Assembly (NCBI GenBank): GCA_036172245.1
Contig: JAYWIR010000011.1
Span: 3,720,001-3,784,000 of the forward strand
DNA from: Raillietiella orientalis
Lineage: Eukaryota
Reading direction: 5' to 3'
Length of the DNA: 64,000 nt
This document shows, piece by piece, positions 38,773-50,989 of the stretch; within the stretch, counting starts at the first letter, position 1; each line of letters starts with the position of its first letter. A program made the translations under genes and the position numbers. A model generated the notes under the pieces. It saw only the letters and a list, made by a program, of their open reading frames with translations. It was not told the DNA's origin and made no database searches.

Positions 38773-40646
38773 TTTAGTTTCATCTTCATGATGCAGTATG
38801 TAATTCTCAAGAACTGGAAAACGTGTCAGTTTGCATGGAGCACTTAGCCTTGGGATGCTGTCCAACGGACCACGCGCCTTCCTTGAACTAGGCGTTTCAT
38901 GATTTTGGATGTCCAGTTATCTGCTGATGAATCGTGTTGATGGCTGGAAGTGTGCTGATCTCCTCCCTGATGAGTTTACCAAACATGTCAAATTAGCTGT
39001 AATTTTCGGAGCTTCTAGTTCATACTTTTTTTTTGGTTTGAACGTCCGCCTGTCTGTCCACCACCCAAACTCTCGATAGGGGGTATGTAAGAGTTTTCAG
39101 TGATCTCATTGGACATGGGATTTAAATTTTGATCCGCTACTGGAGCTCCTTTATGAAAGTTGCTGAAGTTCGTTCGCTCCACTGTGGACAGAATACGGAG
39201 ATTCTTCACCAGAGACTCGATGACATTTGCACCTTCCGTTTTCAACGAGGAAACTCAAATACCCACTTAGAGATGTAATAAGCGTATGTATGTGAATTCA
39301 ATGGAAGATAAAAGCTTTGATGTTGGCCAAAGGCCGAGATGATAAGAGCATTCTCAAGCCAAAATTTCCTTTTCTTTCGTTTCAGCCCAGTGGGCGTCTA
39401 GCTCCATGGCTGTTGCTTGCAATCTTCAAAGGGCAGCAGCCATCATTTATGGATCCAGCACACGTGCTCTTGTGATGCAAAGAGGCGCTAACGAATGGGC
39501 TGAATTATGAACAAGCAAATTGCAAAAAACCCAAGCTTTCAGCAGAAACTCCACTATTTCTCCAGGAAGGAACCATATATCAATTAAGTCATGTCATTTC
39601 CAGGTATTTGCATGATGGGATAAGTAATTTGTGTACTCTTCAAAGTTTGTTGATGATGCATGTGAGGCCTGGACCGTCGTGGGGCCGCACCTTCGCCTTG
39701 TTTTCCACGGCTGCATCCAATGGTTTCTGATTGCTCTCCTGTGCTCATCACGTGCATTCCCTGTGAACTCTTCCACTCTAGAGGAGAAGGCACTTCGGAA
39801 TAGAACCGGATGGAGCAGATGGCAGCCAGCAGCACAGAACAATGGCAGCTGCTGAATCCAACGGGGTTCTTTCGTGGCATTGCAGCTCAGATGCAAAGGC
39901 TCAACTCCCACTTTTTGTAGATTTATCTAACGGCACGCGGTCCATTATTAATCAGAATTGCAAATTCGGAAACCTGATGATTCCGTCGCGATCCACGGAA
40001 CGGCGAACCGGGCTCTGCGAAAGATGAGATTCCTCAAGTGTCAAAGATGATTTGTTTCTACGATTTCTTGGCGTGTTTATGTGTGCGAAGCCGCTCCGTC
40101 TGAAGCCGAGCAAACGCTTCCAAGCTAAAAAAGGAAGAACAGCAGGGACAGTAAATGATTTCAAAGTTTGAAAGGATGCTTTTTAATTATCTCTGGTAAT
40201 TAATGAGGTTTCAGTAAAGATGAGCAAGGATCATTAAATTTTGGAGGACTCCACAATGGGCGTTCTGAAGCAGCGCAGCACACCATTGGGAGAAAGCCTT
40301 CTTAACCATATTGTTCCATGAGCTTAAGGCCTCCCGAAACATTGTATTTTCGTTAAAGTATACGTTTTCAGTGCTCGATGCAAAAATAGATCAATTAGAC
40401 AGTGCGATAGAAATTGTTCCAATAATCATGGAAACGAAGGGCAAAACAAAAAAGGCCGTTTGGAGAAGCGTTTTCGCGAATATTCGTGGTTCTCGCACTT
40501 CGGACGAGAAAGTCTCTTTCGTCACCGGAAGTTCCTTGCACCGGAAGAAAGGAATGGGGAGTTTGTATTTTTCATTTTCGGTACCACTCGGACCAAGAGC
40601 ACGGCTACAGGCCTGGTGGCTCCCATACAACAGAAGATGAAAATGA

Positions 40647-41084
40647 GGATGGAACGGAACTAGCGTGCTTCAGTCGCAGCCTGAACGTTGCCAAGTGACA
40701 AAATAGAGAGCTTCGGTGATTCGAACAAATCCCTAAATGCCCCATCTTTGGTATTCTTGTCGACGATCATGTTGAAATAGGGGAGCGATGAGCGAATGAA
40801 ACGAGTTGAGGGTCCGCCACCTTCGCAGACAGCATCTCCTCGTTCTCTCGATGAAGGCGATGTAGTTGCTCCGCAGGGTGTTTTCAGCATGGATGGTGAC
40901 CGATCGATGCTTCCCATGCACATCGAGGGAAATCTTCCATCGAGCTAACGAGGAATGCTTAGCCACTCCCGGGGTGGTATTTCTACGAATTTCTGGAGGC
41001 AAACTGACGTTGCCGGCCTTTCGTGCTTCCCCGTGCAGCAGATGGCTCGGTGCCACCTCATGGTGTGGAGCCGCTGGAACAGTA
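40647..41084. repeat. Direct repeat copy 2 (438 bp)
   Basis: See copy 1; near-identical ORFs 37591..37902- / 40660..40923- and 37845+ / 40866+. Confidence 0.97.
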
Positions 41085-42989
41085 TTTAATGACTCATGGA
41101 GGCAAGCTTACCTACTCGTGGCGTTTCCCACTTCGGGTTTCACATCCCGCTTCTTCGTCAAAGAAGCAGATCCATCCCCATCCCCTTGTTCAGCAAGGCA
41201 CCCCCCTCGCTCTGCTTCTTGGGAATGGTCCAGTTTGCTTTGCTTCCCGAGAGATGATGCGGCCATTTCTTAGAAGGATTGATTCATGGAGAGAGAGGGT
41301 TGCTCCGGGATCGCTTTGTCTGGTTCGGGAGAACGGAGCGCTTTTTGTTCTCATTGTGGAGCGGGAAATCCCTCGAGCGCCACCGAGGAAGCTACGGGTG
41401 GACGATGTGGATCAATGGGTGCCGCGTTTGCCCTTCCATTCCCGCCTGCCGCCCTATTTATTCAAAGGAAAATAAAGACGCAGCGATCGGACAAAGATGT
41501 TAATTCGAGCCTCGCTCTCTTAAACCCCCCTCACGTACTGCCAAGCCTTAGGCAACCCCCCCACGTACTGTGACTCCTTTGGTTCCGCTCCCCTGATTTG
41601 CTGCACGCATTCATACTGCGATCGCAAGTGCGCGGGAGATTTTTGTAGGCGGCTACCGGGGGCTGGAGTTGGGTTCTTCACGTGTTCATTTCCTCAATAT
41701 CTCTGGTCTATTCTAAATGTCCGCCTTTCTGGTATCCAAATACTCGCCATAAACGGAAAAGAGAGCACACAGGTCAGCTTTCTAGAGGGTTGTGAACTGA
41801 TACCGCTGTGGGCAGTTCTTCTTCTGTTATTCTTTTCGAGATCGTTTCTTCTTTACAACAGATTACCCAGAGGTGATTCTCTGAACAACCAAGGAGCTGA
41901 TAATCTCTCGAAGCACGGCGGCGGCCGCAAGAAGCAGTTCACCGACAACCTCCCTTCCCCTGAAAATTGAAGAGGGAGGTGGGAGCTGTTTGAATGGTAG
42001 CGATACGGTGGTCATAAAAAGATAAAGAGTGTCTCGAAATGCGTTGTTAGACCTCTCTCTCGGTATTGGTCGTATCGGCCCCTCCTGAAACTCAAATTGT
42101 GGCCGAAAGTTTACGATGCCGCGCATTTCTGCAAGAGTCGTGAGCTTTATTTTCCCCCAAAAAATAGCATTGACGAGAGAGGTCTGAGAGGGTACATTTG
42201 TATTGATCACGTTTCCGTCGAAACAGTCGCAATATCAAGAAAGAAATGCCCTTCGGACCTTTCTGTGAACCGTATAACGTGGTGTCACTTCTGAGGCTTT
42301 TGTCTCAGCAGCAGGATACGGCGGGGCATTTCACGGAAGGGACTAGTTCGGCCAAAAAGAGTTGATCTGCTGTGCATCCTTCTGCAGCAAGCCCTAAGAA
42401 ACAGGTCAGTCTGCTGATGGCAAATGGAAGTGAATTACAGCAAGAGTGTCGAGGGCATTGAGGGAAATGCAAAGGAAGAAATCCTAACGCCTCATCGTGT
42501 TCCTACCGGTGGTTCTGTTAATGTACCGAATTCCGGATACTTCCGGGACTTCTCTGTTGACCAACGGCAGTTTCTGCCATCGAAGCAACGCTCTGAAAGC
42601 TTTTCGGACGTGCTGTCTCAAGAACTCTCAAGAAGGAAAAGTGGTGCAGCATTCCTTTTCCTCTTGAGCAGTTTCCTTGATCCCCGGAAAGCACTCATGC
42701 CCCCATGGAATCGGAAAGCTCTGCTCAGTCCATGTGCTGCAGCGGATGTTCGAGTCGTGGTCCTACGAGCTGCACTGAGAATCGATTTTTAGGGCATCCA
42801 CGTGTTGACATCAATCCTAATATTCCCTAAATGGATCCCCAGAACAGAACAGGCACAAGGATTTCCCCAGGAAGCAATTCGGAAGCCAGATGCTCGAGGT
42901 GTTCCCATAAATTTGATATTTTTCCTGTGGGACGTGGCACAAATATCTGCTCAAATTAAATTTCCCTGCTTATTGGAAGATCCTTCCGC

Positions 42990-44100
42990 AAGCATCATCT
43001 CTGGTACGGAGCAAACAAATGTTCCATTTGCAGTTTGCATCTGGGTACGCCGAAGACATAAAGATCATGTTTCAGGAGCTGAAGAAAGGGATTTGTTTCT
43101 GGAAGAGAGCAAGATGTACCTACAATGCTCGCCATCCCCGCGGACTATGTTCTGGCAGTTGGTGAAGGCCATTCGAGGGCGTGACGATACGATATGGACT
43201 TGGCCAGTGCTGATGCTAGCTGCAAGTCGTAGGAATAGCGATGTGACTTGAATCGTAGGTCTCTTAGATCCCAGGAATACAAGGGATAGAGACAGGGATG
43301 TGGGCTTCCTTCCGGGACAAGGTAGACCAGGAAATGGAATTTTGTGGTAAGCGACGGAAGGTTGCATGATGAGTGGCCAGTGAATAGTGAACGTGAACAC
43401 TGATTGGAATCCATATGGTGCGAGATCCAATAAAATAATGGCAATTAAGACGATGAAGAGTTTCATTGCTGGAATCGTCGAACCATCAGGAATGTTTCTT
43501 ATCGTTTTTTCTTTTGAAAATGGATGGATCTGTTTGCGGATGTTTCTGCAACTCAAAGTGAATTTGGGAATGACGGAATAACGGTAATGAAGGCAAGAAG
43601 GTCAAGGGGAATAAATAGAGTTCCTCATGACCAATCTGTTTTTAAAGTGTGAGATTAATCGGAGGGATTTGGTAAGTGCTGGGATGGAAAGAATGCAAGT
43701 CAACATGAGATGTGAATGAGAGTCAAGATGAAATGAACGTTCGAGGGAGAAATGCTTGAGGGCCCGTAAAAGACTCAACAGTTGGGACGCACCCGAGAAA
43801 GGCAATCACCTGAAACCGAAACCAGATTCAACCTTAGGCAGCATGAACGACCCTCTGAGATGCTCTAGTCACAAAGCGCCTGGATCAGAAGAGGACCACA
43901 TCCTGCGCTCATGCCAGTGTCAGGACGCGAAACATCCTCTGACCAGCCGACAACACCATTGGTTTGCGGATTGCACATTTCTGGCCGTGGTGCGACTCAG
44001 TCTTCCACCAGGACGGGCGTAGAGACGGCAATCATCGCTCTGTGCGGAAGGTGCGACGAGTCTCAAAGTCACATCCTCAATAAGAGAGTCCACGACCAGA
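42990..44100 (+). mobile_element. Very decayed CR1-like LINE (PHD-like, APE, RT start)
   Basis: In order: AVCIWVRRRH..FLEESKMYLQCSP (PHD-like), VVGIA..IPG..RDRD..LESIWCEI (CR1-type APE), KAPGS..LPPG..TAIIAL..D..NKR (RT N-terminal KAPG..P..W..IIP..K.D..NYRP). Confidence 0.38.
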
Positions 44101-45087
44101 AGAGAACAACGAGGCGAGCACGACGAGGATGATCCAAGCGATCCAAAGCAAGAAGACCAGCCAGCTGCTAGCCGCCAACGAGAGGGCTGCGGAAAAGAAT
44201 TCCAAGCTGAAGACGGATCCAGTGTCTTAAGGCAAAGAGAAGATGGCCACACTGGGCGTTTCTTGCCGCTACGGATATCGATTAGCAGCACTGGAGGATA
44301 AAAGACAGAAGATGGATTCGCGGAGTTCTCTTCGACATGGAAAGCCAATTTGTCTGGTTTCTCCCTCAAAACTTTTGATCATTCGAGAAAGATGCTGTGC
44401 TCGTTCACACTTCCCGGAACCAACCGAGAGGAGATGCTTGGTTGCCGGGATGGTGCCGAAGTTCATCCTAACCGCAAGAACCAAAGAATACTGTTTCGGA
44501 CGAAGGTTCAGATTGAAGCAGCACCTCCATTCTCAGTATCGTTCTCAACATTGTACCATCCCCATTCTCTAGGAAAGATATAAAAAGCGACTAATGATAA
44601 CGATAAGGGATTAGACGTCATGTGTTCCAGAGATAGGGAACTTTCCAAGGAGCACAGATGATGGTTATTTAAACAGAAAGTTCCAGCTGAAGATGAAAGG
44701 GGGAAAAAAACGTCAGCAGACGGAGCTGCTCCATCCTCCTCTGGATTCGGAGGGTGATCTGGCTGTCCTGAAGTTCAGGCCTACGTGAAAGCATTGAAAA
44801 TCGGCTCACCAGAAGTCTTGCGAGCACCGGAAATCAAGATTTGTAAATTTTAAAACCAGACCCCTGAGGAGGGCATGCGGCAACTTCTGGTTTACTCGGA
44901 AGTGCAGCATGGTAGAGACATCTACCAAAGCCACAAATCTACCACACCTACCAGCATCACCGGGAGAAAATGATGTCTGCATCAGACTGCCGAGCTCTCT
45001 AAGCGGGAAGTGCAGAAATGCTCACTGTTTGGACGTTTGATGCCCGGCGAAGACCACTTGTCGTGACATGAGTCAGAATGGAGCAAT

Positions 45088-45470
45088 TTGGTCTTCGCAC
45101 TCTCGACGATGGCTTCCGACGCTTCCATGCTTTTTAGGGGCTCTACAACACCATACGGAGTGGTTCCAGACGTCTGGCAGCGTATTTCCCCCTATGACGA
45201 AGAATGCCTGACGGTCTTCGTTCCATCACACCTCTTCACGGGGAGCGAGAATGGCAATGTCGGACGAACCTGCACCCCGAAAGACATCTCAAGTGTCCTC
45301 CGATGGGTTCAAAGAGTGGAGCGTTCGCACGACTCATGTATCCGTGGTTCTCCCTCCACTGAGCGCTCCCTTTCAAGTTGGGAGCAGCTTCACGACGTTG
45401 CCTAACGGGAGCGTCCCCTGCGCGTCTGCCCTAGGCCCCATTTCGAAAAGAGACGTTTCCCACATTTATT
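45088..45470 (+). mobile_element. Possible Tx1-type ORF1 (gag-like RRM plus zinc knuckle) relic
   Basis: TTPYGVVPDV..KDISSVL..IRGSPST..H..PCASALGP follows the Tx1 ORF1 pattern pYG.V..IPs.l..GQP.tC..H..C..C.gpH. Confidence 0.4.
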
Positions 45471-46149
45471 CCTTCAGCACCAAGCATCGGGGTTCGCATT
45501 CAGGAACGGCGTCACTTGACGAGGGCTCATGCGGCGCTCCCGGTTGAGGAGCAGCAGAAGTCACACACGTGTGTTTGAGAGCACGTGCTTTGCCTTTCAA
45601 AGAGGGAGGTGTTCAGCGGCCGGATTGAGGCGGCGATCTGGTCAACAAAGAAAACCAAGGGTTGCCCCTTAATGCATTAAACCAAGGGTTTAATAGTTCC
45701 CTACGCATGCAGTGAAGGAGGGACGTTGACTCAGAATCTGGGGTGAAAAGTGTTCTTTATGCAGAAGGCCTACATAAACATTGGAATGACCATTTCCAGT
45801 GTTGGCAAAGCAAAGACGCAAGCATCTGCTTTACAAAAGGACATAGGGATTTCAGATTTCCACGGTGATCATCATTGGTCTCCACAAGAGTAACCGTTTG
45901 ACAGTTCGATTTTTTTTTCCGAAATGTGAGAAAAGTCTGATGGGAGAATAGGGGGCAAGCACACGAGGCAGGGCACCAGATGGCAAGCTTTCGGTCGCGA
46001 GAGGCTGCAGGCCGAGGCACCCATCATGGGGAACCGCATCAGCTTACGGATCCCTGCTGCTTCATCGTTCTCTTCCACCGATGATAGCGCAAGATTTCAG
46101 ATTCTCTTCATTGTGGCCGTTTGCAGAACTTCTCTAAGGTTCTCCAAGG

Positions 46150-46680
46150 TGGTAGACAGTGTTTTCCCTTGATTCACCAGCTTCACATGCAAAGTTTGAC
46201 AGTGCCAGGAAACGGAAATTTAGAAACCTAACAGATTGCGGGAATCCATTGTCTTCTGCATCCGCATCCTGTGCGAAGTCTTTGCGCGAACAGATAGCCC
46301 TGGGAGATAAGACCCTGCCAGAACCGCACTGGTGTGCTATGACCCAACGCTTGGTTTATCTCGCAGTACCACTGGATACCCTCATAGTTTCGACAGTCCC
46401 GGTTTCAGCTTTCCAGGGAGCCGAATCATTGGCCCTTCCGAGGTTTAAGGGTCGAGGTCATCTAAGTTTGGAGATTTCTAACAATCCGCTTCACGATGAA
46501 GACGAGGAAGAGGGAACCAGCTGCTGGATGAATGGTTGAATTCCTCTGTAGTCTAAGTACCCAACTCAGCTGCGATTTTCACTTCGAGAACTTCGTAGAC
46601 GTTTCCAGAGTTTCCTCGGCTTCTTCGCCGCCAGGCATAATTCGGTATTTTCATTCATTGAGACCTTTTTGTAAGCGCTG
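46150..46680 (-). mobile_element. Decayed LINE RT N-terminal relic
   Basis: KPRKLWKRL, NDSAP and LNFRFLALSNFACEAGES in order resemble the linker, SAPG and NFRPIAL..K..E motifs. Confidence 0.35.
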
Positions 46681-48595
46681 ATTTTGTGCACAAGAGAAAG
46701 AAAGAAAAACGAGTCAAAGTCACCATGGAGATCATCCGGAGACTTTTCTTGGTTTCCTTTCCATTTAGAGAGCAGATGACGAGCACCGCTTTTGCCCCGG
46801 AACCTTTGTTCTCCTGCTACCGAATCGGTGCCAACTCTACGATCTGCAATCCTCAATGGGTAACTCACCATGGCACCCAAAGTGCACGAGCTTTCGATGA
46901 ACTCGTATGTGCGCTTTGTCCACTCAGCAGATGCACGACTCGAATGGTTCTCTCTTCTTCGACATGCAGACGGAAATTCCCAAATGGATGCTTTCGTGCC
47001 ATGTCTAAAACACGGAGAACTTGAGCTTTCCATCTTACCCTTTTCCCGAGTAACGGCCACTTCTCGGTTTCGGAGTTTTCGCTTGTAGCTCTTCACTTAG
47101 GCATTCCCAGTCATTTCTGAAAGGGATTTCCCTTTCAAGCATTTGGTGGATGCACTCCATGAAGCGCATGTGCGTCATTACTTTTTAAGAAAGATGAATG
47201 GCACGTATCGAAGCACATTCTGAAGAACACAAGCCAGAAAAGAGCCTTTCTAAAACAATTACCTATTGGCAATGATGAGATTCCTTAAGAACACCGCCTG
47301 GTCTCTTCAGGAATGAGTCGTTCCCCCCTCGGGCAGTGCAGCTTCGGAGATGGCTCTCCGAAAGGGGGAAGCAAATCGTTTGATCGAATCACGAACGAGA
47401 CCATCGAGTGGGTGTAAGACGTGGATGGTTAGACGGTTTCACCCTTCTCTTTCTGGTGGACTCTGTACTTACGAGAGTGTTTCATGAGAACCTGAGATTC
47501 ATTCTCCATCTCAGCCTCTCAAGCTAAAATTTATCTTTGGCTGGAAACGTCTTCCCTTCCCTGCCAACGAAGTTCTCTTATTCTTCATCCTTATCTGTGG
47601 GCATATCAGTTTGTATCAGTTTAGTTACCGAATGCCATTCCACATGTTTTTCGATCGCCGATTCCTTCGACGTTTTAGCAGTGGGAGTGTTTTATTCTTT
47701 CTGCGAACGGAAAGCTGACTCCAGGCAAAGTTTCTTTGACTCCATGCGATGTCTCCATGCGAACCGGTGAATCACGCAGGAGCGCAAGAGTATCATCCCC
47801 ATCGTTGTTTCTCGGCTTCGGTGGACTCGGGATTTCATGCGAGCAGCAAGGGGTGCACTTGGAGGCACCATCCTCTGCTCAAGAGAAACGGAAGCAGGAG
47901 TCAAATCTGAACTCCAGGTTCGCCTCGAGGTTCCCCACTTTCAGAACAAAGCCGAGAACGGCTGCAGCAACCACCTCATGAACCGTTGTGAAGCGCAACC
48001 GCTTTCTTTTGTTTTTTTTCTAAAAGGGCAGTAGCGACCTCACGAGAAGATCATTACTATTTGTGACCTGGGATCACTATCACCCGGTTAATTCCGGGTC
48101 ATTTAGTACATACAGCAATAAAAATATATTGGTGTGATGGAACCCTTGGTTCTACCACATGCAAGGAACCTGCCGAAGAGCGGTGCGCAGACCGGCGAGG
48201 TCCGTTTCGGCAGCGTGAAGAAAGGGAAAGCAAAAACCAAAAAAAATGCACACACAAAAATGCGGAGGAGGGAATCGTCCCTGCCATTTCGGCCTTTTCA
48301 TCAGATGTTTCCAGGTCACCGTGGTCCACGCGGAGACAACAGAGGGCTTCGAGGGGCATGGGTAGCACCACGCACGAAGAGGCGTCTGAAAATGTCCCTG
48401 GGGTCGCCCTTCGGGGATCCTAGGATAGTGGCGAGGTGATCCCGAAGGGGCCGGAGGGCAGCACAGTCCGCAGGTGCAGGAGCATCTCCTTCCTGCAACT
48501 GTCGCACTAAGCGTCCACTACCCCCCTTCCTACCCCTCGTGGCCTAGGATGATGGAGATCCTTTGGAGTTCTGTTTTCAACGCCTTTATTCCAGG

Positions 48596-49418
48596 TTTTT
48601 TTCTTTTTCCGATTTTTTTTTTGGTCCGCTGAGTACTTGGGAGCCCCCTTAGAGGGGTTCGTGGAGCTGTTTGGCACTACTCACGCCAACCGAGAGCGTC
48701 ACCGTGCGCTCAACTCTTCGAGTTATAGGAGGTAACCCCAGAAGGACCATTCTAAAAATCAAGGAAGGCTCTGGAGGAAAGAGTCCGTTCCACTTGCGCT
48801 TGGGAAGGAGCCGTGAAGGGAACCCTCTCCCTGGTTGTTCCGAAGCGAACTTCTTCCTTGTTCTCTCCGGAGTGACCTCCCGGAGGGGCTACTCCATTAT
48901 TTCTTATCCGATAGGAACCTGGAAAGGATCCGCTTCAGAAATTTCTTCTCTAGAGGGAACCCTCAAAGGAACCGCTCCTTGTTTCCTCCTCCTCTAAAGA
49001 GAACCCCGAAGGGACTCTTTCGAAAATTCCCTGAAGGGTGCTCCCCGACGGGAGCTGCGCTCTTCTTAACACTGTGGAGAAGCAACTCCTCGAGGGGAGT
49101 ATCAGCTCCATGGAATGTGATGGAGAGTCCCTCTCCGTGAGAAGGTGGACAGCTTCATTTTCACAACCGAAGGGGTACCCCGAAGTCTTTGGTTCCTGGA
49201 AGGACCACGGACGGTCAACTTCCAATTCCGGCCAGTCATTGGAGTCTCCGGCTTCCACTAGTGCTGAAGCCCAAAGGTCAACCAGCGTCATCTTGCGAGG
49301 GGACTGGAAACACGCGACGCACCCCCGTTCTCGGCACCGACCCTTCCCCGGATGGGATTCGAACCTGCGGTGCAAGGCACCACGCGTGGAGCCTACAGCC
49401 ACCAATGCGAGCTCCGTT
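48596..49418 (-). mobile_element. Apparently full-length tRNA-headed SINE-like element (~0.82 kb)
   Basis: Minus-strand A-box-like TCGCATTGGTGG (49410-49399), perfect B-box GGTTCGAATCC (49365-49355), a non-coding body collinear with 62490-63290, and an A-rich tail at 48622-48596. Confidence 0.75.
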
Positions 49419-50989
49419 TTATCACACGGAGGTGATTCTTGGTGATTCACTTGCGCTGTCCTTCAAGGCGAACCGAAAGAAGATTGGTTTGTTTGCTTTG
49501 GGTAAAGCACGATGACAAGCGCTTCGAGTGCAGGGCTGCACTAGAATCATCTACTTAATCCCGAAGAAGGAAACCTTGGTAAGCCGGCATGAATGCTTTT
49601 CCGTGCTTCACACCACGATTTGGAGGAATTCTTTTAGCCGATGGAGTTCTATTTTTAATGTTTCCCTTGTTGGTACGAATGACCAAACGAAGAAGCATGC
49701 ACTCTTTTATTAGTATTGAGATGAAGCAGTGCATCTTAACGAGGGGCGAATACGAATGCGATGAAAAAGTGTTCACCATTCTCTCAGTCCTTCATCATGG
49801 ATCCCGGGAACACCCTATGTTTGAACGCATTTCCCTTTTGATGTGCTCCGCCTGTTTCTTGGGGATTTCACTATTTTCAGCACTCCATCGTTTGCCAGTT
49901 TGCAAGACCCCTGAGATCCTGGGACTGTCTACACTGTTCCAATGTCGATGAGTACTCGGATGGGTAAGCGAAGAGACGTCAGGGGTAAGCGTGGCACTTT
50001 CCCTCGTTCTTAGAAATTCCCAATCCGGCGGCTGTAAAGAAAGCCTCAAAGAATCAGTAGGTTTGTGGATTTGCGATCAGCCATATTGCTGAAAAATGGG
50101 GCTATCCTTGGGTTCACTATGGATGTAGTGGTCCCAGATGAGGGTTGCATTCCATATCATTCTTTTTTGAGATCCACGTCTTGGAATTTCGTGGTTTTGT
50201 GGACGCGCAACCCTCGATTTCGTACCTCGCGCTGAATGTTTGCGGCTCGTGGATGAGCGGACGTTTGAAACCGTGAATGCACATCCTCTTGGTTCAGTGG
50301 AGATTGCGCTTTCGTTTTGCCAGGATCGGCAGTCAAGTTTCATCTGAAGGACTCTTCCAGGACTCCTCAAAGCTCACACCTCCTTGCTGCAGCGCTGCCT
50401 ACCCTCAGGGCAAACAATGGCAGCAGTCAACCAGCAGGGAGTCGATTGCAGGAGTCGATAGACTCCTGAATGGCTGAAAGACGAGCGAGCTGGTGAACGC
50501 TGCCACTCCTCGTTTTCGGGAAAAGGGACTCCTTCGGTGGAGTGAACGGCTTGGGTTGCTCCTCGAAGAACTCGTGGTCCCTTCCCTCTGCGTGAACACC
50601 TCGGTGCTCCCGCTAGGTTGGAAACAGGATCTTCTGCTGTTTCCGCACTGGGAACTCCAGTTAATCAGCGCAGTTCCGGTGGAGTTGCCTCCCCAAACTG
50701 TCTACGAAAGCATTCATTTCCTGGAAGTCAGCTGTAAAATGCAGTGCCCTGCAGGACATGTGACGGAGACTCCCTTCGGCTCTACACCGACCACAGGACA
50801 CTGCCGCACCTTTCTTTGAAGTGCCGCGGCACTTCAAAGAAAGCGGACTGAAGAAGGGCGCTGTGATTTCACACTCGGGTGCGCCGGGGCGTTTATTCTC
50901 TTACAGGAATCGACGGAGCCGATGGCCCACCAATTCCAATTGCTACACTGGAAAGAAGGGGAGGGGGCAGATAGGTCCATCACGTCCAC

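Noticed and set aside
40311..40640. P-element-like LEKRFxEY motif
   Set aside because: One short motif with no supporting domains.
37626..41084. Direct repeats as LTRs of an LTR retrotransposon
   Set aside because: A TG..CA can be picked on the - strand, but homology extends past it; no TSD, PBS or PPT seen and no gag/pol between the copies.
41521..41571. Short duplicated motif aacccccc(t/c)cacgtactg
   Set aside because: Only two units; not an array, and no matching partner end found.
49340..49418. tRNA gene
   Set aside because: Perfect B-box but no convincing cloverleaf, and it continues into a dispersed repeat body; treated as a SINE head.
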